Shown: piece by piece, positions 13,163-25,238 of the stretch
How the letters are laid out: each line of letters opens with the position of its first letter
How positions within the stretch are numbered: position 1 is the first letter of the stretch
Assembly: GCF_006345805.1 (NCBI RefSeq)
Contig: NC_043004.1
Span: forward strand, 49,042,001-49,106,000
Direction of reading: 5' to 3'
Origin: Octopus sinensis
Lineage: Eukaryota
DNA: 64,000 nt
The notes under the pieces: model-generated
Seen by the model: the letters and a program-made list of their open reading frames with translations, nothing else
What the model was told of the DNA's origin: nothing
Databases searched by the model: none
Made by a program: the position numbers and the translations under genes

Positions 13163-13372
13163 TGTGTGTGTGTGTCTTTGTCCCCCCAACATCACTTGAC
13201 AATCGATGCTGGTGTGTTTACATCACCGTAATTTAGCGGTTCGGCAAAAGTAACCGATAGAATAAGTACTAGGCTTACAAAGAATACGTCCCGGGGTAGA
13301 TTTGCTCGACTAAAGGCGGTGCTCCAGCATGGTCGCAGTCAAATGACTGAAACAAGTAAAAGAGTAAAGAGT
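12989..13372 (+). mobile_element. SINE family 1, 5'-truncated
   Basis: Body, internal (TA)n and tail homologous to 7431-7845. Confidence 0.85.
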
Positions 13373-13654
13373 AAACAGAGGAGTAGAGTCGTTGTACGAG
13401 TTCTCCGTTGGAGTCAGTGTTAGTTATGTGATATATACGAGTTCGAGTTACCATTGAGGTAGACGTTTCAAAGTCGTTGTCTTGAGGAGCTAACAGTGAT
13501 AGCACGTTAGACGAGTCGAAGATAAAAAGACTCGGAATATCGCCACAACATAAGAGTGACGACAAGAATATTACAGTGCCTACAATGGCATAGGAGTAGA
13601 CGAGGATCTCACATTATAACAATACCCCAATAAGGAGGAGTACTATCCAGGGGT

Positions 13655-13785
13655 AATAATCCTTTCTACGATCGGAACAAGGCTTGAAATGGGGGGAGCT
13701 AGTAGATTGCATCGACCTGGAATTTGAACTCAGAGCGTAAAGACGGACGAAGTGTTAAGAAAACGATTCTGCCAGCTCACCGCCT
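13655..13785 (-). mobile_element. SINE family 2, internally deleted
   Basis: ggaatttgaactcagagcgtaaagacggacgaa..gattctgccagctcaccgcc. Confidence 0.65.
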
Positions 13786-13801
13786 CAATAATAATAATAA
13801 T

Positions 13802-15078
13802 TCATTCTTTATTGGCGACAAGGGCTAATATAAATCAAACACACGAAAGGAGAAACACAGGAGGATAAAAAAAAGGGTTTTGCAAAAGGAAAAGAACCGT
13901 GAAAGTATTTGATAACAACGAAAATATAACAAGTACAAAACTCCCAATAGGGGAAGGCGCTTTGAAGGTTACTCGTGGAAAAACCCATAAAAGCCACGGG
14001 TGCGTGGTCAACAGGGCGAGAGCCCTTTCTCCTTTTATAATCCTTTTTACAGGTGTAATCTCAGAATTGGTCCGTCCATATTGGCCATTCTTCTGATATT
14101 CACCCGCCTTTCAACAAAATTTTCTACAAGACAACACTTCCCTCTCTATTCGCACCTTCCTTTTTAAGTGGAACTTGAAAAAGTTGGTGAGGCCTCGGCC
14201 AAAGAGGAAAGTGTCTGACTTTATCCCTTTCATACGACTCCACCATACCACCTCTTTCGCTACAGCCACCAGACAAATGAAAATTGCCTTCTCCTCCCAG
14301 CTAAAGGAGGCCGGAGGGGCAATCTTCACTATGGATTCAGCTGATAGCCGGATCCTACCTACACGCGACAGTAGCTGTTCGACATAAACCTACAGGTCAG
14401 CAATACTCGGGCACTGGACGAGGGCGTGCAGAACGGTTTCGTCGCTCTGAGCGCACCTCGAGCAGGCCTGGCTAACGACACTTCCGTGCCTGTAAAGTTT
14501 ATCCCGAACAGGTTGCGCCCCTCGGTAGTACTGCCAGGTGATGGACTTTTGGGAGTTATCCATGGGCCCCGGCCCGAAAGTTCTTCCAAACAGACTGCTT
14601 AGCTGGTCATCGTCGATGCCTAGAGTTTCCTCGAGAACGTCATCGCACTTTTCCTGCACTAACCCTCTAACAGAAGGTGGAAGAGCAAGCGCACCAGCTT
14701 GGCAACCCAGCGGTCGGGACAAGGGACGACGGTCAAGCGGTAATAGATGACGGATGCGATGTACGCATTCGTCACATCCGCTCGACTTTTCTGGGACAGC
14801 TTCCTCTCGGCTCATTTCTGGGTGATATTGGCCACCCTGTTCGTCACTTCGTTCCAATTTTTTTCAACTGGATTTTTTTGACCGAACCAGACCCCGAGCA
14901 ATTTAACGGGACCGTCTGTCTAGCGCCCCACGACGCTGTTGGACTTGTCTCTCCAGGAGTCCAGTTGCAAGCCCACCGGCTTTTCCGAGTTTATTTTCGC
15001 ACCTGTCACCGCTTCGTACTCGCTTAGCGACTCGCCAATCAGGTCGATGTGCCTGTGGCTTGACACCATCGCGGTACT
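13802..15078 (-). mobile_element. Tx1/L1-clade LINE, 5'-truncated, ORF2 C-terminus plus 3' UTR
   Basis: CSRCAQSDETVLHALVQCP (CCHC zinc finger), AKEVVWWSR, FFKFHLKRKVRIEREVL; AATAAA at the 3' end; (AAT)n on both flanks. Confidence 0.85.
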
Positions 15079-15182
15079 TAATAATAATAATGATAATAAT
15101 CCTTTCTATTATTGGCACAAGGCCTGAAATTTTCACTGGTATTTAATTTATCGCCGGCGGAATGTAGCGACGGGCGAAATAC

Positions 15183-15400
15183 CTATTTTTTTATTACCCA
15201 CAAGGGGCTAAACACAGAGGGAACGAACAAGGACAGACAAACGGATTAAGTCGATTATATCGACCCAGTGCGTAACTGGTACTTATTTAATCGACCCCGA
15301 AAGGATGAAAGGCAAAGTCGACCTCGGCGGAATTTGAACTCAGAACGTAGCGGCAGACGAAATTTCGTCCAGCGTTTTAGCGATTCTGCTAGCTCGTTGC
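15183..15400 (-). mobile_element. SINE family 2
   Basis: Near-complete homology to 44336-44566. Confidence 0.85.
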
Positions 15401-15429
15401 CAATCATAATAATAATTAATTCGTTTTAT

Positions 15430-16345
15430 TGGCCACTTAACGGTCAGACGGCTGCATCAATGGTTACTATGATTTTCGGGATTACGAAGGAGGTTATCAG
15501 GAAGGTTTTTTAGCGAAAATCTTTTTTAAAATGGGCAAAAGTATGATTATTTAGTAGATATCTTTTGTTAAAATTTCGGCGATGCGGATTAACTCTGGAT
15601 TCCTCCGACCCCATCGAGTATAGCTCGTGAATTTAGAGGCTTTAGATTTGCGATACTATCCCTTTATTTCCCATTTTAGATGGGCAGATTTGCTATCTTA
15701 TTATAATGGGCTTTATGCCCGTCTGTTTGTCCGTCTCTTTGTCTGTTCCCTCTTCACGGCCAGACGGCTGGACCAATGGTTACGATATTTTTCGGGATTA
15801 CAAAGACAGTCGTCAGGAAAGTTTTTAGCATTAAAAAATCAGAAAGTATGATTATTTCGTGGGTATCGATTTTTAAACTGATAAACCACCTTCGCATTTT
15901 TATTAAAAATTCACCGACCACGAGTAACCCTGGATTTTCACCCTATAGTTCGTGGCCCCGTCGTAGATACGAAAGGGGTTGCGAGGACTGTTAATAGCGA
16001 AATTAAAATGGAAAAAGTGTGAGTCAGTATATAGTGTGTGTGATTATTTAGTGGTTATTGAAGTATGTCAGTCTCGAGCAGAATTCGAAACGGCTAATCG
16101 AAGCTGCTGTTTATACTTCAGTTTTGTCGGTCAAAATAATCCAGACATTATTCGCATAGAACAGTGAGAGGTAAACCTTAGTTTTTTTTTTTTTTTTGCA
16201 GCCCTAAAGATTCCGCACAGGGCCAGACTTTAGATCGTGTAGTTGTATTTTTACTCACACCGATGTTTACACACGGCCAGTTACATATCGCTATGAGCAG
16301 AGCAACGGATTCCGGTAATTTGAAAATTACTGTCGACCAAACAGA
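15430..16345 (+). mobile_element. Helitron-derived region with a PIF1-like helicase C-terminal fragment (16201-16340)
   Basis: PKDSAQGQTLDRVVVFLLTPMFTHGQLHIAMSRAT matches Helitron helicase motifs (QGQT..HGQL..A.SR); Helitron-like 5' end A|TCTTATTATAA at 15696; diverged ~150-bp direct repeat (15440-15590 vs 15755-15910). Confidence 0.75.
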
Positions 16346-16825
16346 AAATATCGTCAACAAAGGAATTTTGTAATTATATTAATATCATCGAAAGGAATAT
16401 GATTCATAATTTAAATAAGGAAATTTGTGAACTTTGAACGTATAAGAGAATAAACAAGCGTAAAATAATTTAAACAACTATAATAAAAGTATATCTAAAT
16501 AACATTCTTTTCTTAATACTTTTTATGTAGTGGTCGAAGGAAGCTCTGGCTTTCGTTGGGAGTGGTCCCCATAACCATCCATGATACAGAGGCTGGGAGC
16601 CTATTTCAGTTCGGGAGTGAATCGTCATCGCATGTCACTTAGCACAAACACATGGCATATAGCTGCAACAGAATGCTGTATCACCAACAATAAACGTGAT
16701 TTCTCTAAGACCCCCACCTAGTAATCTATCAAGTCCATTTACACATTTCTCAATACATACTGCTGCTATTACCTTTCTTCCTCATTTTATGCATCCATCG
16801 TAGATGGGTAGATTTACTACTACTG

Positions 16826-16911
<86 letters not shown>

Positions 16912-16912
<1 letters not shown>

Positions 16913-17790
16913 ATTCTTTTATTAGCCACAAGGGCTTACATAAAACAACATAAAATGGCATGACACAAACATAAAAGACAACACAAGACAAAGTGTTTCC
17001 AGCGTGTAAACAATATATATAACAATAAAAATTTTTTAACAAAATAAAACTCCCAATAGGGGAGGCGCTTTAAAGGTTCTCGTGGAAAGACCCACAAAAG
17101 CCACGGGTGCCTGATCAACAGGGCAAGAGCCCCCCTCTTTTAATTTCCATTGCCCCGCCGCCCTCCTTTTATCGGGCAGGCAAGACAGTTTTTCTTTGTC
17201 CAGTAGCTGTGGCGAAAGAGATTATCAGGTAGACGAGGCTGAAAGATATGGGGACAGAAACATTCCGCTTTGGCAAAGCCCTGCTCAACTTTTTCAAGTT
17301 TCATTTGAAAAGGAAAGTGAGGCTTCGTTACCCGCCCTCTTTATGATGTAGCGCCAGAGGTGGAGGTTGTCGTGAATAGTCCTGGTTGGGATGGCGCATG
17401 TTTGCGCCTAGCCAGTCAGCTAGTCCACGATAAGCGCCAATCTCTAGGCTAACACCTTGGCCAAAATCTTCAACTCTGCATTGAGCAGAGTGACGGACCT
17501 GATATTCTCTATAACGCTTCTCGTCACCGTTTGGATCCTTTCTCAGCAGTACCACAGCCCCTCGGCAAACGAAAGTGGGAATTCTCCCATTTTGTTGCCA
17601 GTTGAGGTAGACGTCTGCTAAGAGGCCTGCAAACAAGTTGGTTTGGAAAAGGAGGACACCCAAAAACGGGCAAGATGGCGAGATGGTGTGAGGGCGGTTG
17701 CTATGGCATTGAGGTAGATCCGGCTACCCACGTTAACGGGGACAAAACCCGGATTTAAAACAGTGGATGCTGATGAAGAGAGGATGCTCA
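16912..17790 (-). mobile_element. Tx1/L1-clade LINE, same family as 13802-15078, internally deleted
   Basis: RT N-terminal part (LLADVYLNWQQNGRIPTFVCRGAVVLLRKDPN) fused to the C-terminal segment; 3' UTR block similar to 13937-14026; AATAAA then (TAG)n. Confidence 0.8.
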
Positions 17791-18074
17791 CAACTTTTTG
17801 GTCCCCGGCTTTAAAGGTTTAGCGAAAGGCATGGTTGGAGACCCAACCTTCTCCGTTCTTTTACAGGACTTAGAAAAATTGAAGGACAGCTGCATTAAGT
17901 GTGTGAATCTGAGAGTGGAATGTGTTGAATACTTTTATTCAACATGATTAACCGGAGTCCATAAAAGATTCTTTCGTTAAAATTTATCTGCGATAAATTG
18001 GTTATACTTTTGCAATGCACAAAATATTTTAACAATTTCTTTTTATACAATTCCTAATAATATTTACTTATAAA

Positions 18075-19325
18075 TAGAATTTTGTTTGTGCCTGAGATGG
18101 GAGGAATATGTGATCAACCGCAGAATATCATGGAATGAACTTTGGGCTTGGGAACAAGCAAGAACATCCTTCCTAATCAAGTCTACCTTCGACGTTCTAC
18201 CCTCACCGGCGAACTTAGTCCGGTGGAACATAAAAACAACCGATGAGTGTAGATGCGGAGAGAAAGCGACGGTTAGACATGTTCTGTCAAGTTGCAGACT
18301 AGCACTAGAAAGATATACATGGCGGCATAATCAAGTCCTCGGCGTCATAAGCGCAGCACTCAAGGAGAAGATCGAGAGGTACAATAGGGGAGAGTACCCA
18401 AAAGTAGAAAAGCACAGGAAAGTATACTTCTACAAGGAGGGAAAAGGATATAAAACCAGGCCTACAAGTAAAGTATACAAGATAGTTGAAAGATGGAAGG
18501 GATACTGCGAGGTGGCCACGGACTTGGAAAGACAAGTAATATTTCCACTAATAAAAACAACAAAAAGACCGGATTTAGTTCTATGGAACAGAGACCGGAG
18601 AATGGGAATTTTACTAGAACTGACAGTACCTTGGGAAGAGAACATCGGCAATGTAGAGGAACGAAAGGAGAAGTGGTACGAAAAGCTAATCGAAGAATGC
18701 AGAGAACAGGGATAGAATGTCGAATATTATCACCCTGCAGTGGGGGCTAGAGGCTTCATTGAAAGGAAAATGACAACGCTTTTCAAAAGATTTGTTTTTT
18801 TCTAGCTCCGAGCTGCGAAAACTAATGAGAGTACAGGAGGCGGTCGAAAAACCAGCTTCTATATATGGCTGAAGCGGGAAGACCGAAAATGGCTTGAAAG
18901 TCATAACATACCGGCGGGAAATAACATCATTAGGTGAGACAGGCTGATACTGAATCAGCTTCACTGACTGACAGGTGACGGTCGTTTAGAGAATGCGCGG
19001 GCTAAAACTACGCGTCTTCACTAGTCAGTTAAGATGAGACAGTGTCACGTGACAACTTGCTAGGGCTGCCTGCTGGAGCCTATGCGGCAGGTATTTAAAG
19101 GGGAAAATTTGACAAGTCAGTCAGTCACCGGCTGACACTCGCTGACGATACATCGAAGAGGCCAGGAAATAGAAGAAAGAAGAAAGAAGACATGCACCCA
19201 ACACCAGAGCTGAAGACACCTCCGAAAGGGGGGGGGGGGCGCCACGTCAAAACGGTAGAGGAATAGGGGCCGAAACCGGACGTGGTTCCTCCTGATGATG
19301 TCTTGAGCTAACTGGATCCTATAAA
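18075..19325 (+). mobile_element. Restriction-like-endonuclease non-LTR retrotransposon (Hero/NeSL-like), 3' part
   Basis: ORF 18086-18715: CCHC finger (CRCGEKATVRHVLSSC), RYTWRHNQVL, RPDLVLW..LLELTVPWEE; frameshifted continuation VGARGF..SFYIWLKR. Confidence 0.85.
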
Positions 19326-19649
19326 GGAACTGTTGTGGTAGCAGACCACGAAACACGGTTGTAATTCCCCGACGACATTATTCATTGAGTCATTCCATTT
19401 ATTACTTTTTCATAAGAAGGATTCGCTGCTACATTGAATAGATCGAGCGACTGCAGTGAGGCATTCATTCATTCATGTTTTATGACAGAGATCAGTTCAT
19501 TATTGCAATGGCCAATTTTTGATTGATATATTTTTTTGTTTTTACATTTGTTTATGCCCCACATAATTATCGTAACATATCTAAATCTAAAACGTGTTCT
19601 CGTATCCATACTCGCCGTTTTTACAAAAATTATCTGAAAGACTATTTAG

Positions 19650-19830
19650 TCGCTGGGTTGGCTGTGTGGGTAAGAAGCTTGCTTCACAGCTATGTGGTTT
19701 CGGGTTCCGTCTCGCAGCGCGGCATCTTGGCCAACTGTCTTCTATTATAGCCCCTAGTCAACTAAAACCTTCTAAGTGGATTTGGCAGACCGATATTGGA
19801 AGAAGCTTGTCGCGCGCGCGTGTGTGTATG
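19650..19830 (+). mobile_element. SINE family 1, old 5' fragment
   Basis: ggctgtgtgggtaagaagcttgctt..ggatttggcagac similarity. Confidence 0.6.
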
Positions 19831-19867
19831 TATATATGTATGTATGTATGTGTATATAGATATATAC

Positions 19868-19913
<46 letters not shown>

Positions 19914-19915
<2 letters not shown>

Positions 19916-20176
19916 AGGCGCAATGGCCCAGCGGTTAGGGCAGCGGACTCGCGGTCGAAGGATCGCGGTTTCGATTCCCAGACCGGGCGTTGTGTGTGTT
20001 TATTGAGCGAAAACACCTAAAAGCTCCACGAGGCTCCGGTAGGGGGGGGGGCGACCTTTCTTGTACTCTTCCGTCACAACTTTCTCTCCCTCTTTCTTCT
20101 GTTGGCATCATTTGAAGGCTAAAACAATGCGAAGCGCATTGTGACCAGCGATGTGTAGCAACATCGGTCACGTGAT
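19914..20176 (+). mobile_element. SINE family 3 (tRNA-like head), 3' module A
   Basis: TGGCCCAGCGG A-box and GGTTTCGATTCC B-box; shares about 190 nt with 48610 and 57440, then diverges. Confidence 0.85.
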
Positions 20177-20264
20177 ATATATATATATGCATATAATATA
20201 CATATTCATATACGTGTGTATGAGCGTATTCGTGTATGTATCTATGTGTGTGTTTGTGTTTGTG

Positions 20265-20460
20265 CTCTGTTCACACCACTTCTAAAAAATGGTGTTGGTT
20301 GGCTTACGCCATCTGTATCTTAGCGGTTTGACAAAAAGAAAGCGATATAATAAGTAACAATCATAAAGAGAAATAAGAACTGGGGTCAATCTGTTGGAAT
20401 AAATCTTTCAAGGCGGTGCTCCAGCATGGCTGTTGCCCACGGAATGAAACAAGTAAAAGG
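20265..20460 (+). mobile_element. SINE family 1, old 3' fragment
   Basis: cttagcggtttgacaaaa..aaggcggtgctccagcatggc..gaaacaagtaaaag. Confidence 0.6.
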
Positions 20461-20897
20461 TCCCCCTTACCCGAAATATTAAATCTGAAGAATGTAAGTA
20501 AACATCCGATGTTTATCGACAAAATTCCTTAATAGAAGATTCATTGTCGATCTCTGATATCGAAGAGGACTAGACGCCATACAATAACGGCCACAGTTCT
20601 TGTATCATTCAATGTTTTGTCGGCGAGGACACAGGCTTTTAATAGAGAAAACGCCATTGCATTAACTTACTTTTTCAACCTCTTCTTGTTCTCACGTAAA
20701 CAAATTTATTAGTTGAACGACTTCAGGTAGTCGTTCGAGATGGTTGATATTTCGCACTCGCATTTGTCTTCGTCATATTCTGGGCGCACAAGCAAATTCT
20801 AAAGACCTATCATGCTAACTCTTTGGTAGGTCCTTTCAACAGCAACTGCTGCTACTGGTGAAGGCGGTTCTGCTGCTGCTACAGGCTCATGCTACTG

Positions 20898-20944
<47 letters not shown>

Positions 20945-20945
<1 letters not shown>

Positions 20946-21480
20946 TCAAATTTTGGCACAAGGTTAGCAATTTCGGGGTAAGGAGTAAGTCGATTACATC
21001 GATCTCAGCGATCAATTGGTACTTATTTTATCAACCCCGAAAGGATGAAAGGCAAAGTCGATCTCAGCGAAATTTGAACTCAGAACGTAAAAACGGACGA
21101 GATACTGCTGAGCATTTTGCCTGGTGCAGTAAAGGTTCTGCCAGCTCACATCCTTTAATGGTTTCAAAAATTTTGCATAAGACCACCAATTTTAAGCGAG
21201 GGGCATAGTCGATAGCATTGACCCTAGTACTTGACTGGTACATTATTTTATCGACCCCGGAGGGATGAGAGGCAAAGCTGGCCCCGGTGGAATTCGAACT
21301 CAGAACGGTATGAGTCGGAAGAGATAGTACTATGCATTTTTGATCGACGCACGAACGATTTTGTCAATAATTTTGGCAAATGTTCAACAATTGTGAGAGA
21401 AGAGTTTAATGATCCCAGTAATTAATTGGTCCAGTAATTTGCTTATCCAGAGGAATGAAAGAAAGATTTGAACTTGTGTA
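20945..21480 (-). mobile_element. Head-to-tail cluster of 2-3 diverged SINE family 2 copies
   Basis: Repeated ttttggca(c)aa..ggtacttattttatc(a/g)acccc..gaactcagaacg blocks at about 20948, 21165 and 21372. Confidence 0.7.
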
Positions 21481-21687
21481 TCTAAACACTGTAGGGGTGT
21501 TCTCAACTCTCTAGTGATTCTGCCATGTTAGTCGACTCCAGTTTAACTCCAAAACAGTACTTTCGGTCTTTACCTAATTCCACGTTCTTGTTGATAATCT
21601 TTGAGTTCGAGTGTCGTTGTAAATTGTGTGGCTGTCTTACATGCTAGTGTAGATTATATTCATGTGCGTTCACTGGCCCACAATGGC

Positions 21688-22110
21688 GGATCTTTTCGGT
21701 TTGAATGGCAGTTTTTTCTAGCGGTGTCATATGAAATTGTCACCCATAATTATGACCCTAGAATCGATCTATTGCATTTCAATTTCTTTTAGGGTTAGTT
21801 AGGGTTAGGGGTGGGGGAAGGGTATCTTTTTTACTTCACAAGTGTAAATAAACCTAATCTGTTCCTTAAACGAGGAACATATTCATACGTCACAGAATGC
21901 TTTTTAACTCAATAGACGTATTTGATTGGTTGAAATTGCAGAAATTGAAGAAAAAAAAACCCAACAAATATCTTACAAACTATAGAATCTTCTCAATAAA
22001 GCCAAGAGAAAAAGATGTTTTATAAACACATTCTACCAGAATACGAAGTTTAAAATTTTTTAGTTACCTAGAAATTATGTTAAAAACTGCCATTCAAACC
22101 GAAAAGATCC
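21688..22110. mobile_element. MITE family M1 (GG..CC ends, 8-bp TSD; Merlin-like)
   Basis: 28-bp TIR GGATCTTTTCGGTTTGAA(T/C)GGCAGTTTT; exact TSD ACAATGGC (21680-87, 22111-18); internal TTAGGG units. Confidence 0.85.
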
Positions 22111-22499
22111 ACAATGGCAAAACACAGACAAATATTGCGACATCTGGAACATTGTGAACGTTTGTAATAGCACACATGAATTAGGGGAGTTACCCATGTG
22201 CATGTGCACACATACACAGGCAGACAGACACACATGCGCGCGCGAACCCCCACACACAATGTCCAGATTTTCGATCTTATTTCCTGCGGGTTAACAAGGA
22301 ATCCCTTGACCGCAATGTAGCCTTCATTTGATTAAGGTATCTTTAGCCTGATGAGTAGCTAACGGAGGACCCCTTGTTCAGAATTTACTACTTTCGAGGT
22401 TCCTCTAGCTAGGAAACACATGTAGCCTGGATTTTACCAATTCTATTCCTTCAATTTGGATGTTTATTCGCATACACAGCAACCCAGTTGCTAACTTTT

Positions 22500-22701
22500 T
22501 TTTACTCTTTTACTTGTTTCAGTCATTTGACTGGCCATGCTGGAGCACCGCCTTTAGTCGAGCAAATCGACCCCAGGACTTATTCTTTGTAAGCCTGGTA
22601 CTTATTCTATCGGTCTCTTTTGTCGGACCGCTAAGTTACGGGGACGTAAACACACCAGCATCGGTTGTCAAGCGATGTTGGGGGTACAAACACAGACACA
22701 G

Positions 22702-22780
<79 letters not shown>

Positions 22781-22952
22781 CATATATACGACGAGCTTCT
22801 TTCAGTTTCCGTCTGCCAAATCCACTCACAAGGCTTTGATCGGCCCGAGGCTATAGTAGAAGACACTTGCCCAAGGTCCCACGCAGTGGGACTGAACCCG
22901 GAACCATGCGGTTGGTAAGCAAGCTACTTACCACACAGCCGCTCCTAAGCCT
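22500..22952 (-). mobile_element. SINE family 1, full length
   Basis: Homology to 7431-7845. Confidence 0.9.
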
Positions 22953-23137
22953 AACTGTGAACTATAAAATAACCTTTTCCAGCTTATCGAACTTCGATAT
23001 AGGAAAAATTTACAACCTTCTACGTCAATAAATCACTGTTGTTCCTGAAAGTTGCTTTTTATGCCTTCTAGGAACTATAACTGAACTGGCTACTTGGATC
23101 TTAACTTTAACAAACACAACACACACACACACACACA

Positions 23138-23238
<101 letters not shown>

Positions 23239-23244
23239 TACACA

Positions 23245-23500
23245 TAGAGTTAGTCGGTTGAATGTAATTAAGTTCAAATGTCGTAAGGAGGAGGAGAAAG
23301 CTAACGTTTTGGGCTTTTGCTCTTCAGCAGAGAGTAGAGAGTAGAGAAAGATGAAGGCGTTGTTGGCTGACTGGCAGGCCAACGGCACCTTCGCCATTCT
23401 CTACTCTCCGTTGACAGACAAAAGCCTAAAACAACCTTCCTTCTCCTTACTGTAATCGAACTTATTGACATTTCACCTACTCTCATTTTAATTAATTGTT
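23245..23500 (+). other. Long imperfect foldback (~260 nt) with a miRNA-like inner hairpin (23337-23408)
   Basis: Inner 31-bp stem with 3 mismatches and 3 U:G; complementarity continues outward (gttttgggcttttg/caaaagcctaaaac, gtaaggag/ctccttac, aatgtaattaagttc/gaacttattgacatt). Confidence 0.7.
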
Positions 23501-23989
23501 GCCGACAGACGGAAACCATCGCTTGTTTCTTCGGATTCCAGACTTTGCCCTATTATTAAAAATGAACTGATCTATTTACGAAAAAACGTACATATTTACG
23601 TATACGTACATGATGATTACTTCCCCGTGTTAGATGACAACCGTCTTTTGTAAGACTTCAGCGCATCACGGGATTATTGCGACATACGTTTGTATGACAC
23701 GTATGTCACTCGTTACATATCCGTATTTAAATATCCAGTGACAGGCAACAGCAAAATAGCCGGAAACTATTTTCGCCGCAAGTTTTTATATCAGGCGGTA
23801 ATTGTCTGAACTTCTCCAATAAAAAAGATAAACACACGTTAAAGCAAGATCAGAATGACCGGAAACTATTTCAACCGTGGATTTTATATCGGGTGGGGAG
23901 GGGGAAACTACGACACAGGTGCTTTCTCAAGACTTTTCCATTTAAAGGATACCCGCAAGTCAGTAAAGGGTTGACTATGGAGTTTTTCC

Positions 23990-24813
23990 GGATCTTTTCG
24001 GTTTGAACGGCAGTTTTTTCTAGTGGTGTCATATGAAATTGTCACCCATAATTATGACCTAGAATCGATCTATTGCATTTCAATCTCTTTTAGGGTTAGG
24101 GTTAGGGTTAGGGTTAGGGTTAGGGCTAGGGGTGGGGGAAGGGTATATTTTTTTACTCTTTTACTCTTTTACTTGTTTCAGTCATTTGACTGCGGCCATG
24201 CTGGACCACCGCCTTTAGTTGAGCAACTCGACTCCGGGACTTATTCTTTGTAAGCCCAGTATTTATTCTATCGGTCTCTTTTGCCGAACTGCTAAGAGAC
24301 GGAAACATATACACACCAGCATCGGTTGTCAAGCAATGCTAGGGGGACAAACACGCACACACACATATATATATACATATATACGACGGGCTTCTTTCCG
24401 TCTACCAAATCCACTCACAAGGCTTTGGTCGGCCCGAGGCTATAGTAGAAGACACTTGTCCAAGGTTCCACGCAGTGGGACTGAACCCGGACCCATGTGG
24501 TTGGCAAGCAAGCTACTTACCACACAGCCACTCCTGCGCCTATCACAAATATAAATAAACTCTATATGTTTCTTAAACGAGGGACATATTCATACGGCAC
24601 AGAAGTTTTTTAACTCAATAGACGTCACTGATTGGTTGAAAATGTAGAAATTGAAGAAAAACAACAACAAATATCTTACAAACTATAGAATTTTCTCAAT
24701 AAAGCCAAGACAAAAAGATGTTTTATAAACACATTCTACCAGTATAAGAAGTTTAAAATTTTTTAGTTACCTAGAAATTATGTTAAAAACTGCCGTTCAA
24801 ACCGAAAAGATCC
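23990..24813. mobile_element. MITE family M1 copy interrupted by a SINE family 1 (24150-24541, minus)
   Basis: Both TIRs present; six perfect TTAGGG units at 24090-24125; SINE inserted just downstream; TSD not recognisable. Confidence 0.85.
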
Positions 24814-24829
24814 CCGCACTAAATATAAT

Positions 24830-24945
24830 TGCATTTCTTTTTATCTTTTATCACTTGTTTCAGTCATTAGACTGCGTCCATGCTGAGGCACCGCCTTGTA
24901 GAATTTTTAGTCGAATGAATCGACCCAAGTACTTATTCTATCGTT
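24830..24945 (-). mobile_element. SINE family 1, 3' fragment
   Basis: cttgtttcagtcattagactgcgtccatgctgaggcaccgcc. Confidence 0.7.
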
Positions 24946-25238
24946 CACTCTTGGCGGGAAAAGCTCTCCAAACGTCACTAAGTGTTAAAGAGCTCCTGAA
25001 AGTCACAGACCAGATGAAACAACTTGCTTCTGAATTACCGAGACTGGTAGATACCAATATTTCACCACTATCAATACGATGTACACAGATCATCTCGAAA
25101 TGAAGTGAATCTCTGGTCTACGACTTATATACCGAGTGAAACCTATTTGCAGATGTGCTGCGGCGTAGATGTGTGAAACAAAATGAAATTTCGAATTAAA
25201 AGAAACTCTAGTAATCTAAACATTATCGGTCGCATATA

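Noticed and set aside
16526-16745. Solo LTR (TGTA..TACA with AATAAA)
   Set aside because: No matching 4-6 bp TSD and no second copy or internal domain.
22348-22354. Isolated CTGATGA words (also 26738-44, 49863-69, and ~59537-43 minus)
   Set aside because: No downstream stem II plus GAAA and no NUH site.
24090-24125. Chromosome end or fusion site suggested by (TTAGGG)6
   Set aside because: The repeats are internal to a multi-copy MITE.
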